A stretch of 64,000 bases of DNA, from the NCBI GenBank assembly GCA_023231475.1, contig JALJEE010000954.1, positions 1 through 64,000 on the forward strand. Direction: 5' to 3'. Positions within the stretch are counted from its first letter, which is position 1. Each line of letters starts with the position of its first letter. A program made the translations under genes and the position numbers. The stretch is from Seison nebaliae. Taxonomy: Eukaryota. Shown in pieces: positions 38,801-52,316 of the stretch. The notes below the pieces were generated by a model that was given only the letters and a program-made list of their open reading frames with translations, had not been told where the DNA came from and searched no databases.

Positions 38801-41800
38801 TCCAAGTAATGCTCCATTATTGAAACCACAATTGTATTTTGGAGATTTGAAAATTTATGATAATCATGATTGTTTCATAGATGATAAGATAAAATTTTTC
38901 CGTATCACAACTACAGAACATTATGAGAAAGTTTTTAAAGAGAATTTAAGTGACTACGATAAATCGGATTATGTTTATCCACATGGAACTCATGTAGCGG
39001 ACATTGAATTATTTCCGTCGAAGGTCCATGAACAATTATACCATATTGCTGAACAGACTTTCCTTATGAAGAATGTAGAGAATGAAGAGAAAGTGGAAGA
39101 TATTTTTTTCAAATTGTTAACCAATTCCAGTTTATTCATCAATTGTAAATTATGTGTTTATGATGAAGAACCGGGAAAAATGAAGTTTTATTTTCTCTTT
39201 CTCTTAAAATGATTCAATTTCATTATCAGTTATATTTCTTTAAAATTTATTTATCATCATCCTGTCATCTTCCTGCAAGAGCCGAAAATCGATCTGGGAA
39301 CGGTTCCATTTGGTGAATTCTTCCAATTCGAATGTATTCTCATAAATTCTGGGACATGTCCCGCCCAATATTCGTGGGATCCATTCACAGACAGCCAAGA
39401 GTCAGCTCATATGCAAATCAATCCTGCAACAAGTTGTGTGGCTCCCAATGAAAAATTGACGTTATCGATGTCGATGGTTTTGCCTGAGAGCATCTTTAGG
39501 AATCCTTTCAATTATATCGAACCGGAATTCAAATTAAGAATGAATGTATTTGGAATGATTTGTCCATTAATTTTCCAAATTAATTTCAATTATGTTAAAG
39601 AGGAAATTGAATTAATGATAACGGAACCATCAAGAATGACTGAATCGATTCTTGAGACGTTTCCAAGTGTGGAGGAAACTAAGAAATTGAAATATCCTTA
39701 TGTATTTCATTTTACACCATCTGTCAAATTCGAAGAATCAAATTCAAGCAAAGAAAAACGAACAAAATCTGATGAAATCACAGAAGAGACTGAAGTAGAG
39801 AATGAACATGAACCAGAACAAGAAGAAGCAGAAGAAGAAGAAGAAGAAGAAGAAGAAGAGGAAATAGAAGAAGAAATGGAAGAGGAAGATAATGTATCAA
39901 ATAAGGTGGAGGAAGAGGCGGTTGTTGAAGAATATGAGGAAGACAGTTCGAAAGAATTAGAAACAACAACCGAACAATTAGATGAGACTGGTGCTGATAG
40001 TTATAGTTTCGGCAGTTTAATTTTGGGTAGTATGTCATGGGCCATAATCAAAATGAAAATGGTGGAAAATATTCCATTATTAAAATTAAATATTGTCATC
40101 GAAACGAAAAATCCAACGAATGATATCAATTTTTCTCTGTCGAAAGACACCATCACAATTCAACCGTTAGGTGAAGAGATGATTGTTCTCACCTGTTCCG
40201 TAAAGACGTTATTCGATGATCTGGAGGGTGTTGGTCATTATCTCGTGATACGAAATGAGAAGAAGATAGTTTATAAATTGCAATTGATTGTAAAGAGTTA
40301 TGGTGCTCCAATCCATTTCCGGAAATATATGGGAATTCGAAGATCCTTAATTTATTGGGCATCAAATGATCATCAACATATGACATGTTATCCATCCATC
40401 ATCGAATCCATCACACCACAGAAAAAATTGTTCTTCGAATTACCACCAATTGCACCTGATTTGGATATGTTATCTAAATCTTATCGCCAGATAACAGTCG
40501 ATAATTGTAGTTATCAATTGTTTGAAGTTAAATTTGATACTTATATCAAACCGAGAATCTGCACAAGTAAATTTCATATTAGACCGTTAAAAGTCCCAAA
40601 TACTTATTTATCGTTATCTGCTCGTGTTCCTAATTATTTGGAGTTAATTCGAGACGCTCCAAAATTAGTTGAAGTTGCAAGAACAGGTCATGGTAGATTG
40701 AGACTGAAAACACACAATGGAATGAAACAGGATGCGGAGAATCGATATAATTGTCCAGTAAACATTTCCGTTGAACCTCCGAGCGCAAATATGCCCAAAA
40801 AGTCCTCGATAAGAATAAAATGTCGAATTGAATGTTCTTCCGCACAAGCAGAAGATTATAACGATTCCGTTCTTCATGCAACGGTACGAGGAAGTATTCG
40901 AATGATGTTGGAGAAAAATAAATTAATGAAAACGATTCCTGTAAATAGTAAAACGGATGAACCATTAATTCTCGATTTGACAGTTCCTATAGTTCGACCA
41001 GTTATGGAATTGGAAGTGGAATTGAAAGATCGATTAATTCAAAGAGTAGACTTGTCCAAAGAATTGGAAGAGTTGAAAGAGGCATATCAATTCAACTCGA
41101 TTACTCATTATCGGATCAATGTTTCAGCGTCAGAACTCCAAGTGTTACCGGCGAACGTTAAACGACAGATTCAAAATGAAGATTATAATCGAAAATATTA
41201 TTCATCAGTTAAACGACATTATTTTCTCTAATTTCTTCATTCTTTCTTTCAAAACAGTTGATGGAATTAGTTCATTCGAATTCCATTAAAATCTTACCCA
41301 AATTAATTATCAGTAATAAGAATTATCTTTACACAACAACTTCCTTCCTCATCAAAGTTTGCGAGATAACCGAAACATTCAATAATGGAAGAATATCTGA
41401 TCCCACATACACTGCAGTTAAAGAGATGTTGGAAACGGAATTACATGCTGGTCACCGTTCATATGTTAATCATTTATTTCATTTTATCCTTTTAAATTCA
41501 ATTTCTTTTAGTTGCCATTAGATTTAACTCTTCATATTGCTGATATTCATGAACATCTTAATATACATGGTAGAAAAGGAAAAAGTTTATTTGAAAATCA
41601 TTCACATTTGTCCAAATAATTTTTTTTAGAACAACTCAGATTGGGACCTAAAACTCAAATAGTGGAAATCTCTAAATATTATGTCGTCACATTGAACCAT
41701 TGTGAGACTCATGTTAAATAATTTTATCTTAACAACGTTTACCTATTTTAATACACTTCATTTTTCAGTTAATCAAATTTTCGAGTAATTTGAAATTGGG

Positions 41801-42258
41801 AAAGATAATTTCACTTTCCACTTATCAATTAGATTTTGGTTCGCTGAAAGTTGGAAAGACAAAAAATCTGGTCTTTGATTTATTAACGGACGACGAACTA
41901 ATTTGGTATTGTTAGTAGATTTCACTGACTGATCAAATTTCATTCATTCTCTCAACAGTGGTCAATGAAGAGAGATCAGAGAAAGATCCTTTCAGTGTTT
42001 TGCCGAAATGGGGAAAGACACTAAAGTCGAAAAATTTCATTAGTAACCTTACCGTATCATTTACCCCACTGTTAGTTGATTTTTTGAATTCCTTTCTCAA
42101 CCTCAATTTTTTGAATTAATTTCCTGAAAAGTGAACAAAGTTATTTTGAAAGAGAAATTGCACTACGACCGTTGTTTGGAAATGCTGGACGAATTATTCG
42201 ATTAAAAGGATGTGGAACTTATGATGAGGAGAATATTTTGAAAAGTGATATATTTTAA
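35801..42258 (+). CDS. DLEC1: DLEC1/CFAP81-like central-apparatus protein with ASH/Ig-like repeats; many exons
   Basis: FSPSIVIFDEFEIGRLYEKKVVVRNRS...LRI, LIAKLIPPILTLP, CNVGGSGRF, KIISDNCNIRYF and the C-terminal LKGCGTYDEE match remembered DLEC1 segments. A poly-Glu insert lies at about 39780-39990. Confidence 0.8.
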
Positions 42259-42324
42259 TAAACGGAAGAAGTCTAATAAGAAAAAGATTAAAAAAGTTTG
42301 TTTAATATTCAAAAAAGTCAATTT

Positions 42325-44625
42325 TTATTGTTGATAAATTGGAACTACATTACCCGAATGCGGTAGTCTTTGTAAATCTGTAAAAATTTGAATATAAAAA
42401 AACTTGAAATATAAACAAACCGGCATAATCATAAAATATATCTGTCCTACTGGCCAACTGTCCCAAATTATGATCTTGATAATTATTTTGGTTTGTATTC
42501 GATGTCATCTCGTTAAGATGCGATCGATTAACTATATTCTCATTATATCGATTATACACATTCTCATTCTCTCCATATCTATGATGTTGAGTATGATGAT
42601 GACTATTTTGAAGATATGTTTTCTCTTTTTTTTTTCTAATTAAATTCAATAAAGATGAGGAAAAAAGAAAAGAGAACTTGGAGAATCTTAACAATGCAAA
42701 TGTCAGAATTCCCAATGCTGCCAATCCAACAAGAATTGGAACGACAATTGCAGCTAAAATGTGTTTGAAAATGAACAAAAAGTAGAGAAATTTAATGCAA
42801 ACCAATTTCAGCACCTGAAAATTTCGATTTATTAATAACTGTCGTTGTGGTAGTTGTTGGCCCTACAAGAACAGTATGAGAATATTAATAAAATTCAATT
42901 TGATTGTGTTAAGTGAAAAGATAAATAAATGAAGCAATAAAGTAGGAAAGTTTAGTTTGACTGTTAAATTAAAGGAAAATATATTACACTTCACTTCGTT
43001 TCTTCGTTGTTTAGCTGAAGATTGTTGAATATGATTGCCATATCTGATGGAAGTAGTAGTGGTAATTGGTAAGTGAATTGATTTGGTGGTTGATAGAATT
43101 GCATATGTTGAATATTGAGGTAATTGAATTGAGAGTGTTGTGTTATTCGAAATTTTCCTGATTATTTTTTCGAATGGTTGGAATTTAAATAAAAATTTCA
43201 TAAAACTCTCTAGGGAGGTTGTCGTGCGACTTATCGGGGTCGTGATAACTGAAATTCTCTTAGTGAAAACAGTTAATTTTGTACTTTTTCTAGTTGAAGT
43301 TATTGTCGAATGGTAACCGTTTGGAATAGTTGATAAATAGTAAGGGAACAGAGAGGATTGATAAAATTTTCGAGATTGTTTTTTCGTAGACCAGATAGAT
43401 GTAGTTCCAGTTGTTCGTTTAAGAGTGGAAGTAATTAGTTTTCTAGACTGTTGTCGTAATTTTTTGATGTTCGAAGTAGATTCAGTTGGAGAAGAAGTGA
43501 AGAAAAAGATGACGGATGACTGATAAGGATTCGTCTCAACTTTCTTTACTTTAGTTGTAGTCGAAATAGTTTTTGTAGTAATTATTGGTTTGTTCGTTGT
43601 ACTAAGATTCACGATGGGTGAAATAGTCGTAGTGGTCGAATTCGTTATTTTAGTAGTAGTAGTAATAGTAGTAGTCGTAGTAGTAGTGGTGATTAAAATA
43701 GTAGTTGTGGTAGTTTGAGTTATAAATTTAGTTGGTAAACTTTTTTGGTGTTTTATAGATTGTGTAACAGTTTTTGGCATGTTTAGCAAAGCTTGAATAA
43801 ATTGAATATCTTTCAAAGATTCGTTATTAATACCTAAAGGTAGAAGCAATAGCTAGCTTTACTAATTCAAAGCAATAGGGAGAAAAAAGTATACCGAGTG
43901 ATAACGTTGAACTGTAATAAGATTGACCGAACGATATTGGTTGTGATATGTAACCTGACAATTTACGATAAAATTTCTGGTGAACGTAGATTCAAGAAAA
44001 AACCTTCAGTTACGGTAACGGTTAATTGTTTGGGATTGATTAGTGGTCGATTGCCTAAGAAAGATATTTTAAGCGAATTTTCATGAAAGTTAGAAAATGA
44101 ACTTGCTGGAATATTTTTCTTTTTCTTCTTCAGTTTCTTCTTATTAACTGCGTCATCGATGTATCCTTCCAATTCAGTGATTCTTTCTTTCGTTGGAAAT
44201 GTTGGAATTGGTGGACATGTATATTCGACAAGTATTTCATTCGGATATAAGAATTGGTTGGTGAATGTCGGTGGGAAGTTGACTTCCAAATAATGAGTGA
44301 AGACAATCGCATTCGGATATAATTGTTCGACTTTCACATGAAAATGATTTTTAATAGGTTTTTGTTCGTAATGATCCAAGTTTAATGTACGGTTGCAATA
44401 AAATGGTTGAGAGATTTGTTGAAAAGATTTTAAGTATAATGCTGTGATAGTTATGTGTTCGATTGGAGTCTCGAAGGCGGAGATACATCCATTCAATTCT
44501 AAAGTTATTTGGTTTTTGGAGAAGACTTGCATGAAACAGACACGTTGTTTATTGGTTTGTTGTTTTAATCCGAAAGTTTCATGTATCAAAATTATGGAAA
44601 TGAAACTATAAATAATGACTAGCAT
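42325..44625 (-). CDS. Orphan type I membrane protein with Cys-containing ectodomain, Thr/Ser-rich mucin stalk and Tyr-containing tail
   Basis: Signal peptide MLVIIYSFISIILIHETFG; about 290-aa T/S-rich exon (43835-42990); TM AAIVVPILVGLAALGILTFALL; cytoplasmic ENENVYNRY and FYDYA. Some internal splice sites are uncertain. Confidence 0.7.
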
Positions 44626-45265
44626 GTTTATACTCACAATATATTTCTAATGTTCTTTTCTTCTTTTAATCATTTCAATCATATATTCGTTAATAAATTA
44701 ATATAAAAGAAGAAAATGAAATGACAGAAAAACATTGTACTCCGACGAAAATGATATCACGTAAATCAAAGAAGGAAATTAATCAGATACTTAAAATATG
44801 TAATTTTCAGTTTGAAAGGAAATTATGTAAATGAGATTTGAGTGTAAAGAAAAGTAGGAATAAAAGTGAGATTCCACATAATCAATTACCATTCCATCAG
44901 AATTATCAGAGAAACGGTAAATAAGAAATTTGATCTATATATTCCACTTCGAACAGTGTAATCTTCTTGTCCATATCCTCCTGAAAATACATGAACATAT
45001 TGATAAGAAGTCCGTAAGTTTATGAACGGTATGTTGCCACTCATTATTTACTTATTCTACGATTTCTATTGTGGAAAATTTGGTGATAGATAATTTTTTC
45101 AAAATCATACTCCAATTCATTTTCACTCCTTCTTTTTTCAAGTCTATCAAACTTTTTCTAATTCCAATAGAATTACATGACTGATGGTAGAATAATTTTC
45201 CTATGTTTTTTCCACGAAGAAATATTTGAAAAAATGACAATTGATATTTATTCAGATAAAATAAA

Positions 45266-46786
45266 TCAATAATTATGATCGAGAGTATAACGTTGATGAT
45301 TATGATGTTTATTTTGATGATGATTATGATGATTCTTCTTCTTCGGTTTCTTCTCATTTACATACAAAATTTCTTGTTCATTCCTTCCCCCGTCATGGGG
45401 TCGACGCTTCTTGTCTTCCATTTCCTGCAGACTTTCCCTTGGTGTCAAATAAGAAATTCGACTTCCATTAAAATCATCCGTTAATTCATCAGATGATGTT
45501 CGTTGATAATCTTTCTTCGAATTTACATGATAGACGGGAATGAATCGACTTTTCAAGTTGTGTGTTTCAGTTTTTGGAATGACTTCGGGAGATGGTGGAC
45601 TATATGCTGGTGATGTAAAATTACCATTATGATGATATTGAACATCATATTGATCTCTGTCCTCTTTACTAAATTCTCGATCGGTTCTCTTATTTGAATA
45701 TGCTCGATCATTTTTCGGTTTTTTTGATTTTCTAAGAAGGAAAAATATGAGTACTCCAACTATTATCAAAAAGGCCACACACGCTAAGACAATTAAAACT
45801 AAACGATAAAATTATGAGAAATTGTTGCCAGTGACACTAAGAATTCACTAACGAATTTTCCACCAGTCTAATTTTGATGGATCTTTAGGTGGCGGTTCAA
45901 CTGTGAAAAAAAATGTGGAATTTGGTGGATTGCCTAAAAATGTTATAATTTCAGGGTAATAAAAATAAATTGTGATGAAAACCGATTTTATGGCAAGAAT
46001 ATCTGAAAAGAACATGTGTTGGATAAAGATAAGTTCCATTGCATTGATAATAATAATTCAAATAATTGAGAGACACTTCTAACATATTTGGAAAAAGTTT
46101 CTTCTGTTTATCTGGTGTCAATTCATAAAGAATCGGTCTGGTACAAGCGACATCTTTATAGAAACAGGAAGCACCATTTGGACTTGGATCTCCCGCACCA
46201 TTTATAGTCTTATATTTTAACACAACGTCTTCGAATCGGTTGAAAGTGAAATCGGGTCTATCACATGAGATATTGAATTTATCTTCCCCAAATAAACATT
46301 TCTCCACATTTGTATATGGAATGCCCGATTCGTAATAGACATACGAATCTTCTTTCGAATAATAGTTCGGATCATTATTCTCTACACTTGTTTGATACAT
46401 TTTTTGTAATATATTAAAAAAGTATTCACGATATTGACCCAATCCTTGATTAGCAACCGATTCTTTCAATATCTCTTCTTTGTACAATTGGAACTCTTTC
46501 ATTAATTGACTTTCCGTTTTCACTTTGATGTCATTCTTTCTCAAATATCGGACGAATCGTAAAAATTCTTTATTATAAATCATAAAATTTTCAGTTATTC
46601 GATGGTTAAAGGAAAAGAAAAACCTGGTTTATCCTTCAAATAACTTTCAGCGATTGGCAAATAAATTAAACTCTGCCAATTTGTTGGTAGTCCAAGAGCT
46701 CCTTCTTTACGGATTAATTGTGTGGAATCAGTCGAAATTACATTCGTGATCACGAAAGTCATCATAAAATAATAATACCATGACAT
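45266..46786 (-). CDS. Orphan type I membrane protein with Cys/Tyr-rich ectodomain and His-rich cytoplasmic tail
   Basis: Signal peptide MSWYYYFMMTFVITNVIS spliced into the 210-aa ORF; TM LIVLACVAFLIIVGVLIFFLL followed by RKSKKPK. The 3' end may extend by splicing below 45266. Confidence 0.7.
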
Positions 46787-47945
46787 TGTTGTTAATGTTC
46801 AAAGAAGTTTTATCATAATCAATTTCGATTCATACGAAAAAAAGAAGAAAAGTTTTTATCTGATCCAATAAGAATTAGTCGTAGAAAGATATAAGAAGTA
46901 TATGAACCGATTCCTAATCTTTCTCTTAAACACGAAAAAAAAGATGTTTTTACATTATGAAAATATTTATCGCCAACGATTTGGTGGATAATTGTTGACA
47001 AACGAATGAAAGCGACTTGAAAGATGGTATTGAAATGACAATCAATCAATGTCATCAAATTAGCATATAGGAGAATGTCGAAGCGATAAGATATGAGAAA
47101 ATATTGGAAACGTTTATTATTATTTTCCCACTGTTTGTATGTTCAATTTCCATATTAACGGAAAGTTTCAATACGTCTCAATGGAATAAATTCAAATATT
47201 CCTTCGTACTTCCAATAGATGGTTACATCTTATTGTTTATTTTACCAATACTGAAAGATCAAAAAAAAAGAAAGAAATATCAATATATTCTCTTCTTTAA
47301 TGAATTAGTCATCACTCCATTCTACAAGATCATATGAGGAAAGAAGTTTCATAATAATCCAACAATTCTGTTGTCAAAATAACACCAACAACCACTACAA
47401 TATTAATTAGACGTATATGAATGTCAGATAGGAATAATGAAAAAAAAACTGTTTTCATTTCAGATTCTTTTTACGATAATTTATTGATATGAATAGAAGG
47501 AAATTGCCTGAAAGACAGGAAAAGTTTTATTCATTCTAATTTGATGGGGGAGTGTATATTTCTGAAGAGAAAATACTGGTGACATTGGTGAGAAAGAATA
47601 CTTTGCTAAGGTCCAATATCCCTAATATCAATAGTAAACATCAGAGCCACACTACATAGAAGGGAGACTCACTCACCTATCAGAACGAGAAAAGAAATGA
47701 ATAATTTGAAGAATTGTCGTTAGGAAAACAGGAAAGATTTTTAGTAATTTCCCACTAAAGAATAGAATGAAGTGATGGAATATGGAAAATGATAACAAAA
47801 CGGAACAGCAAAAGGGAAGAATAACAATATTGACGAAAGTGACGCCAGTGCAAATGATGAACGAAGAGATTATTTGTTTTGTATTGAAGAACGATTAAAT
47901 TTCATTTTATTCTTTTAGAAACGACATTAACAGACAATGGAAGTT

Positions 47946-48240
47946 CTATTGCAGAGAATCGACGTCATCCTCTTCACTATCCGTACCTGAAGTAGTGAAA
48001 GAAAGTGTAGGTAAATTGTCACCGTCATTATCCGAATGAGCAATATCCATAAAATGGAGAGCTCGTCTGGTAAAACTCAATTGGCTACGACGTCTCTCTT
48101 CCATAATTGTGAAATTAATCAAAACAAGAATCATTCCAATCAACAAGAACATGACAGGTCTCGGTAAGATTTTACTTCCCAGATCATTTTCCTAAAACAT
48201 TTTTTATGATTATGTATTTTACCAATGGAAAATTATCCAT
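47946..48240 (-). CDS. Small single-pass membrane protein with acidic tail
   Basis: VMFLLIGMILVLINFTIM hydrophobic segment, then EERRR and acidic SDNDGD...DSEEDDVD. The 5' exon is uncertain. Confidence 0.4.
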
Positions 48241-48945
48241 TTTCCCGGTGACGAATTGTCCGAGTAGACAAAGTTGGATGGAAAAAAAATTAGATATATT
48301 TTATATTGACAAGGAAAATAATAATGATAAATGAACCGTATTGATAATTAACATGAAATCAGTAGAATGAAAGATTCGCATAGAATTAGCACAAGAAAAG
48401 AAAGGAAATAAAAAGATTTTAATTCATTTTCCTTCAAAGAAAAATTAAGTGAAGGCGAAACTTTCCTTTCATTTTTTCGTTAAACTTTTTCACTTTCTTT
48501 CCAAACATTAATCGTTAAATTATCAAAATCGCCAATTTAAATAAGTTTGATAAAGATGACGGTGCTGAGAAGGAATCATTTTGTAAGAGGAATTGACAAA
48601 AAAGAAAAAGAATTAACAGATGGACGATAATTTGTTAAAAGACTGACTGTTGTTTGAATGGGAAGAATGGGAAACACAAATCAAGTATTATGAAGAAATA
48701 ATTGTCCAGAAAATGAATAAAATTAGAAATAATTTGTGTTGTTTCTAATAAAGAAAGTAATTGAAACGAAAAGATTACTGAAAATTATAAACGAAAATTT
48801 ATGTCCAAAACTTCCAATTCTCAAACAGTTAAGAAGAAGAAGAATATTCGTATGTTTGAAATAAATTATGTGACTAATAATAGTTTGTGTGATGGAAATG
48901 GAAAACTAAAAATATATCATAAAATCACAATTAATCTCAAGATTA

Positions 48946-51530
48946 TTAAGCAAAAGGATTAAATGAATTTGTGTTTGTTGTGGTGGGTGCATTAATACCG
49001 TTGTTCATGACTGATGACATTGGCAAGCTGGTTGGATTCGCTTGTGATTTACTCACCATCAAATCATTGATATCATTCTATAAACAGATAAATGATTGAA
49101 CGACTAATAGAATAAGAAAATTAAACGACTAAATCATTCATGAAATTTTGATCAGTTTTCGTATTGACCTCCGCCGGTTTCCCACTAATATTTTTTTAAA
49201 AAAATTTTAAAATTATATTCCTATAACAAATTAAATTCAAATTAACCTGAGTAAATCAGTTCCGAAAAAATCGAAAGAATCTCCTTCTTTTTGTGTTTCA
49301 TTGTTAATGTTATCGGCGAAATAATCTGGAAAGAAATTTAATTTCAAATAGGAAATCAATATGAGAAACTGGTAGATGGTTGTGGTGGTTGTTGTTTTTG
49401 TTGTTGTTGTTGGGTTGTACTTCCAAACGGATTGAAATTAGTATTCTGCATTGGTGGGACGTCATTGTTCATAGAGAATCCGTTATTAGTATTATTAATT
49501 CCATTGTCATTAAACAATGACGGAATATTGTTGTTGTTGTTGTTGTTGTTCGTGGTGGTGGTTGATGGGGTGAAATTCATACCATTATTCCATTGAGACT
49601 GTGATACTGTATTGTCTGTTGTGTTGTCTGTATAAAGTGTGTCTAATAAACTCTTGAAATCTTCCGTCTTTTTCTCATTCACTTTCATCTCATCGAAATT
49701 ATTGTCGATCAAATTAACTGAATTATCCACGAAATTTAATTGTTGTTCCAACATCGGATTTTGTTGTTGTTGTTTAGTTTGCTGTTCAGTTTTAAACTAA
49801 AATTTTTCAATAGAAGAAAATTAATAAAGTTTTTTTATAAATTTCCGACGTATAATAAAAATTGTTGTTTTGAACTTTTTTTAAATTCTATTTAAAACGA
49901 AGAATTAAAATATGTACTAACACTATCCAACGCTCGTTGTTCTTCTTCAATGATTTTCATTGCCGTCGTTTCTTCTTGACTAAATGAACAAAAAGAATTA
50001 TGAAAATTCTATGAAAAGTTTAACGGTGGCGGTGGAATATATTTCCTTCCTTCCAAATTGGCTAAATGTTTTTCCAAAGCGTTAATTAATGAAGAAGGAG
50101 CCTTAAAGATTATATTGAATGTAAAATGATGATGAAATAATGAACTCTGGCTAAATCAGGAATTTCTTTTTGTTCCATTCCTATTGTCTGAAAAGTTTTG
50201 AGATAAAATTAAATTTTCCAATGACAACATTTAATGTTAAACTTCTGCCAATTTAAGAAATTTTTCAATCTCATCCATTTTAGCCAGGAATTGTTTATAC
50301 AAATCCAACGATTGTCGACATTGTTTCTTGTTCAAATCGAAATATTTTCCTAAAAGTGAATCGTTAGAGATAAATTCATTTGAAGAATGGATGAACCTAA
50401 TAGATTAATAATTGCATCATTGTAACAGGCGAATAATCGAATCAAATCTTTCATCAATAAAATATACGTCTCTTTCAATATGGGATTCTGACATCGATTA
50501 ACTCCAATTAATTCGTTCGATGTTGGACTATCGAAATCGATCAGTAATGACACTTGTTCATTCAAGATTGGCAATGTTACCAATAACTGTTGAAAGTTCC
50601 ACGTAGAATTTTTAATTGAATGAAAAATTAACTTTATCGATATTCATTTTTCTCAATAAACCATCTTCCCGACTGAATGACATTCATTCATAACAACAAT
50701 TTCGATTGAAGGACAACTAACCCTCTTTTCACTTTACAAAAATCATAACCGGCCAATTTATAACTTTCTCGTTTCTGATTCAGATACTGTCCATATTTCT
50801 TGATATATTGTGTCATTTCCATTCCTTCAATTATAATGAAAAATAAATTAAAATGGCAATTTGAAATAGATTTTTTAGAGCAGGAAAGAAAACAATAAAT
50901 TATCCAGCACCCAAATATTAAGAAAAATGGAGATAATAGTCGTCACCTGAACAATTTCCAAAATAGAAATATGCAGCTACAATAAATCAACAAGAACAAC
51001 AAGACAAATTAACATTGATGGAGGAAATGAAAGACGAATGGAAAGAAGAAGAATAAATAAATATTATTTAAATTAACCTCCCACCGTGCGTTCCAGTGCT
51101 GTAGCACAATTGAATTTATGAGAATGTGAAGCTAGATATTGAGTCATTCTTTCACTTCCATAACACATTAGATTATGGATTGTAATCAATGCCTTGTAAG
51201 CGACGATCCATGACATATCATCCTGTGATCGTTTGATGAGAAGATCAGCCAATTGTGGAATACTCACATTCATTTCATGAGTGCACGAAATGAGATCTGA
51301 TACAAAAAAAATAAATTTTCCAATTTAAAATTAATAAACATTCCAAATGTTTTTGTTTCGGTGGTAACGGTTCTTCCGTTGTTGCTTTGTGCACGATTTT
51401 TGCCAATTGCGATCCTTCAAATCAAATCATTCATTACAATAATAATATAAATACCTTGAATTGTAAATCTTGCAGCATTAAATCGATCGATTATCGATTG
51501 ACCGCCAAGCGCGATATTTTGCATTGCCAT
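48946..51530 (-). CDS. PICALM: Clathrin assembly protein AP180/CALM (ANTH domain); many exons
   Basis: [98 protein letters not shown] and [16 protein letters not shown] motifs in the tail. Confidence 0.95.
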
Positions 51531-52316
51531 TTTCGATGGAAAAAAAAATTAGTAACTCAACCGACCAATTATTTAAATTTATTTATCTCATGGACAATGA
51601 CTCGAATTGAGATATGATGAAGAAAAGACGAAAGAAAATTATCTATAAGAAAATAATTAATTATTTAATCGATTCATCAATAATATATAGAAGAATCGTT
51701 TTATTACGGTTAATTAGTCACAAGATACATAAAATTTAAGAGATTATTATTAAAGAGATTAAATTATAGTTATATGAAAGATAAGGGAGAAAAAAGTGAC
51801 GGTCGTGGATCGAATGAGTAGATTGAGTTATTTAAATAAATTATTTATTTTCAGAAAATCAATATTGATAAAACTAATAATTTGAAATTATTTAATAATC
51901 TTCAAATGAACATCTCTCTCTCTTTCTTTCTCTGTGTGTTACTCTCGGAAGAAATCTTATTTATTTATTTGTTTCTTACTTCAATCACCATTCTCACCTT
52001 GTATCAATAGTGAAGATTAACAACATTTTCTCTTGTTTTTCTCTTACTCTTGTCATGAAGTATTATTGCATGCTTTTGCTGCATATGTGATGTGGGGAGT
52101 ACCTTTAAATAAATCACACAACATTCTACTGTGTAAGAAAGAAGGAAGGAGGGAAAAAGGAAAGAATGAATTATGTAATATTTTCTGGGAAATTTGCCAT
52201 TGCTAACTGAATGAAGTATACCACTTAAATAATCCTTATCGATCATTTGATAAATTACGAGGAGAGAAAAGTATTAAGGTCAAAAATCGAAATATGTCAT
52301 TAGATATTGATGGAGA

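Noticed and set aside
46820..47900. Hydrophobic minus-strand frames resembling a multi-pass membrane protein
   Set aside because: No start codon or consistent splice path was found; T-rich DNA yields hydrophobic frames by chance.
48230..48290. TCACCGGG (miR-36-like seed) on the minus strand
   Set aside because: No complementary arm to form a pre-miRNA hairpin.
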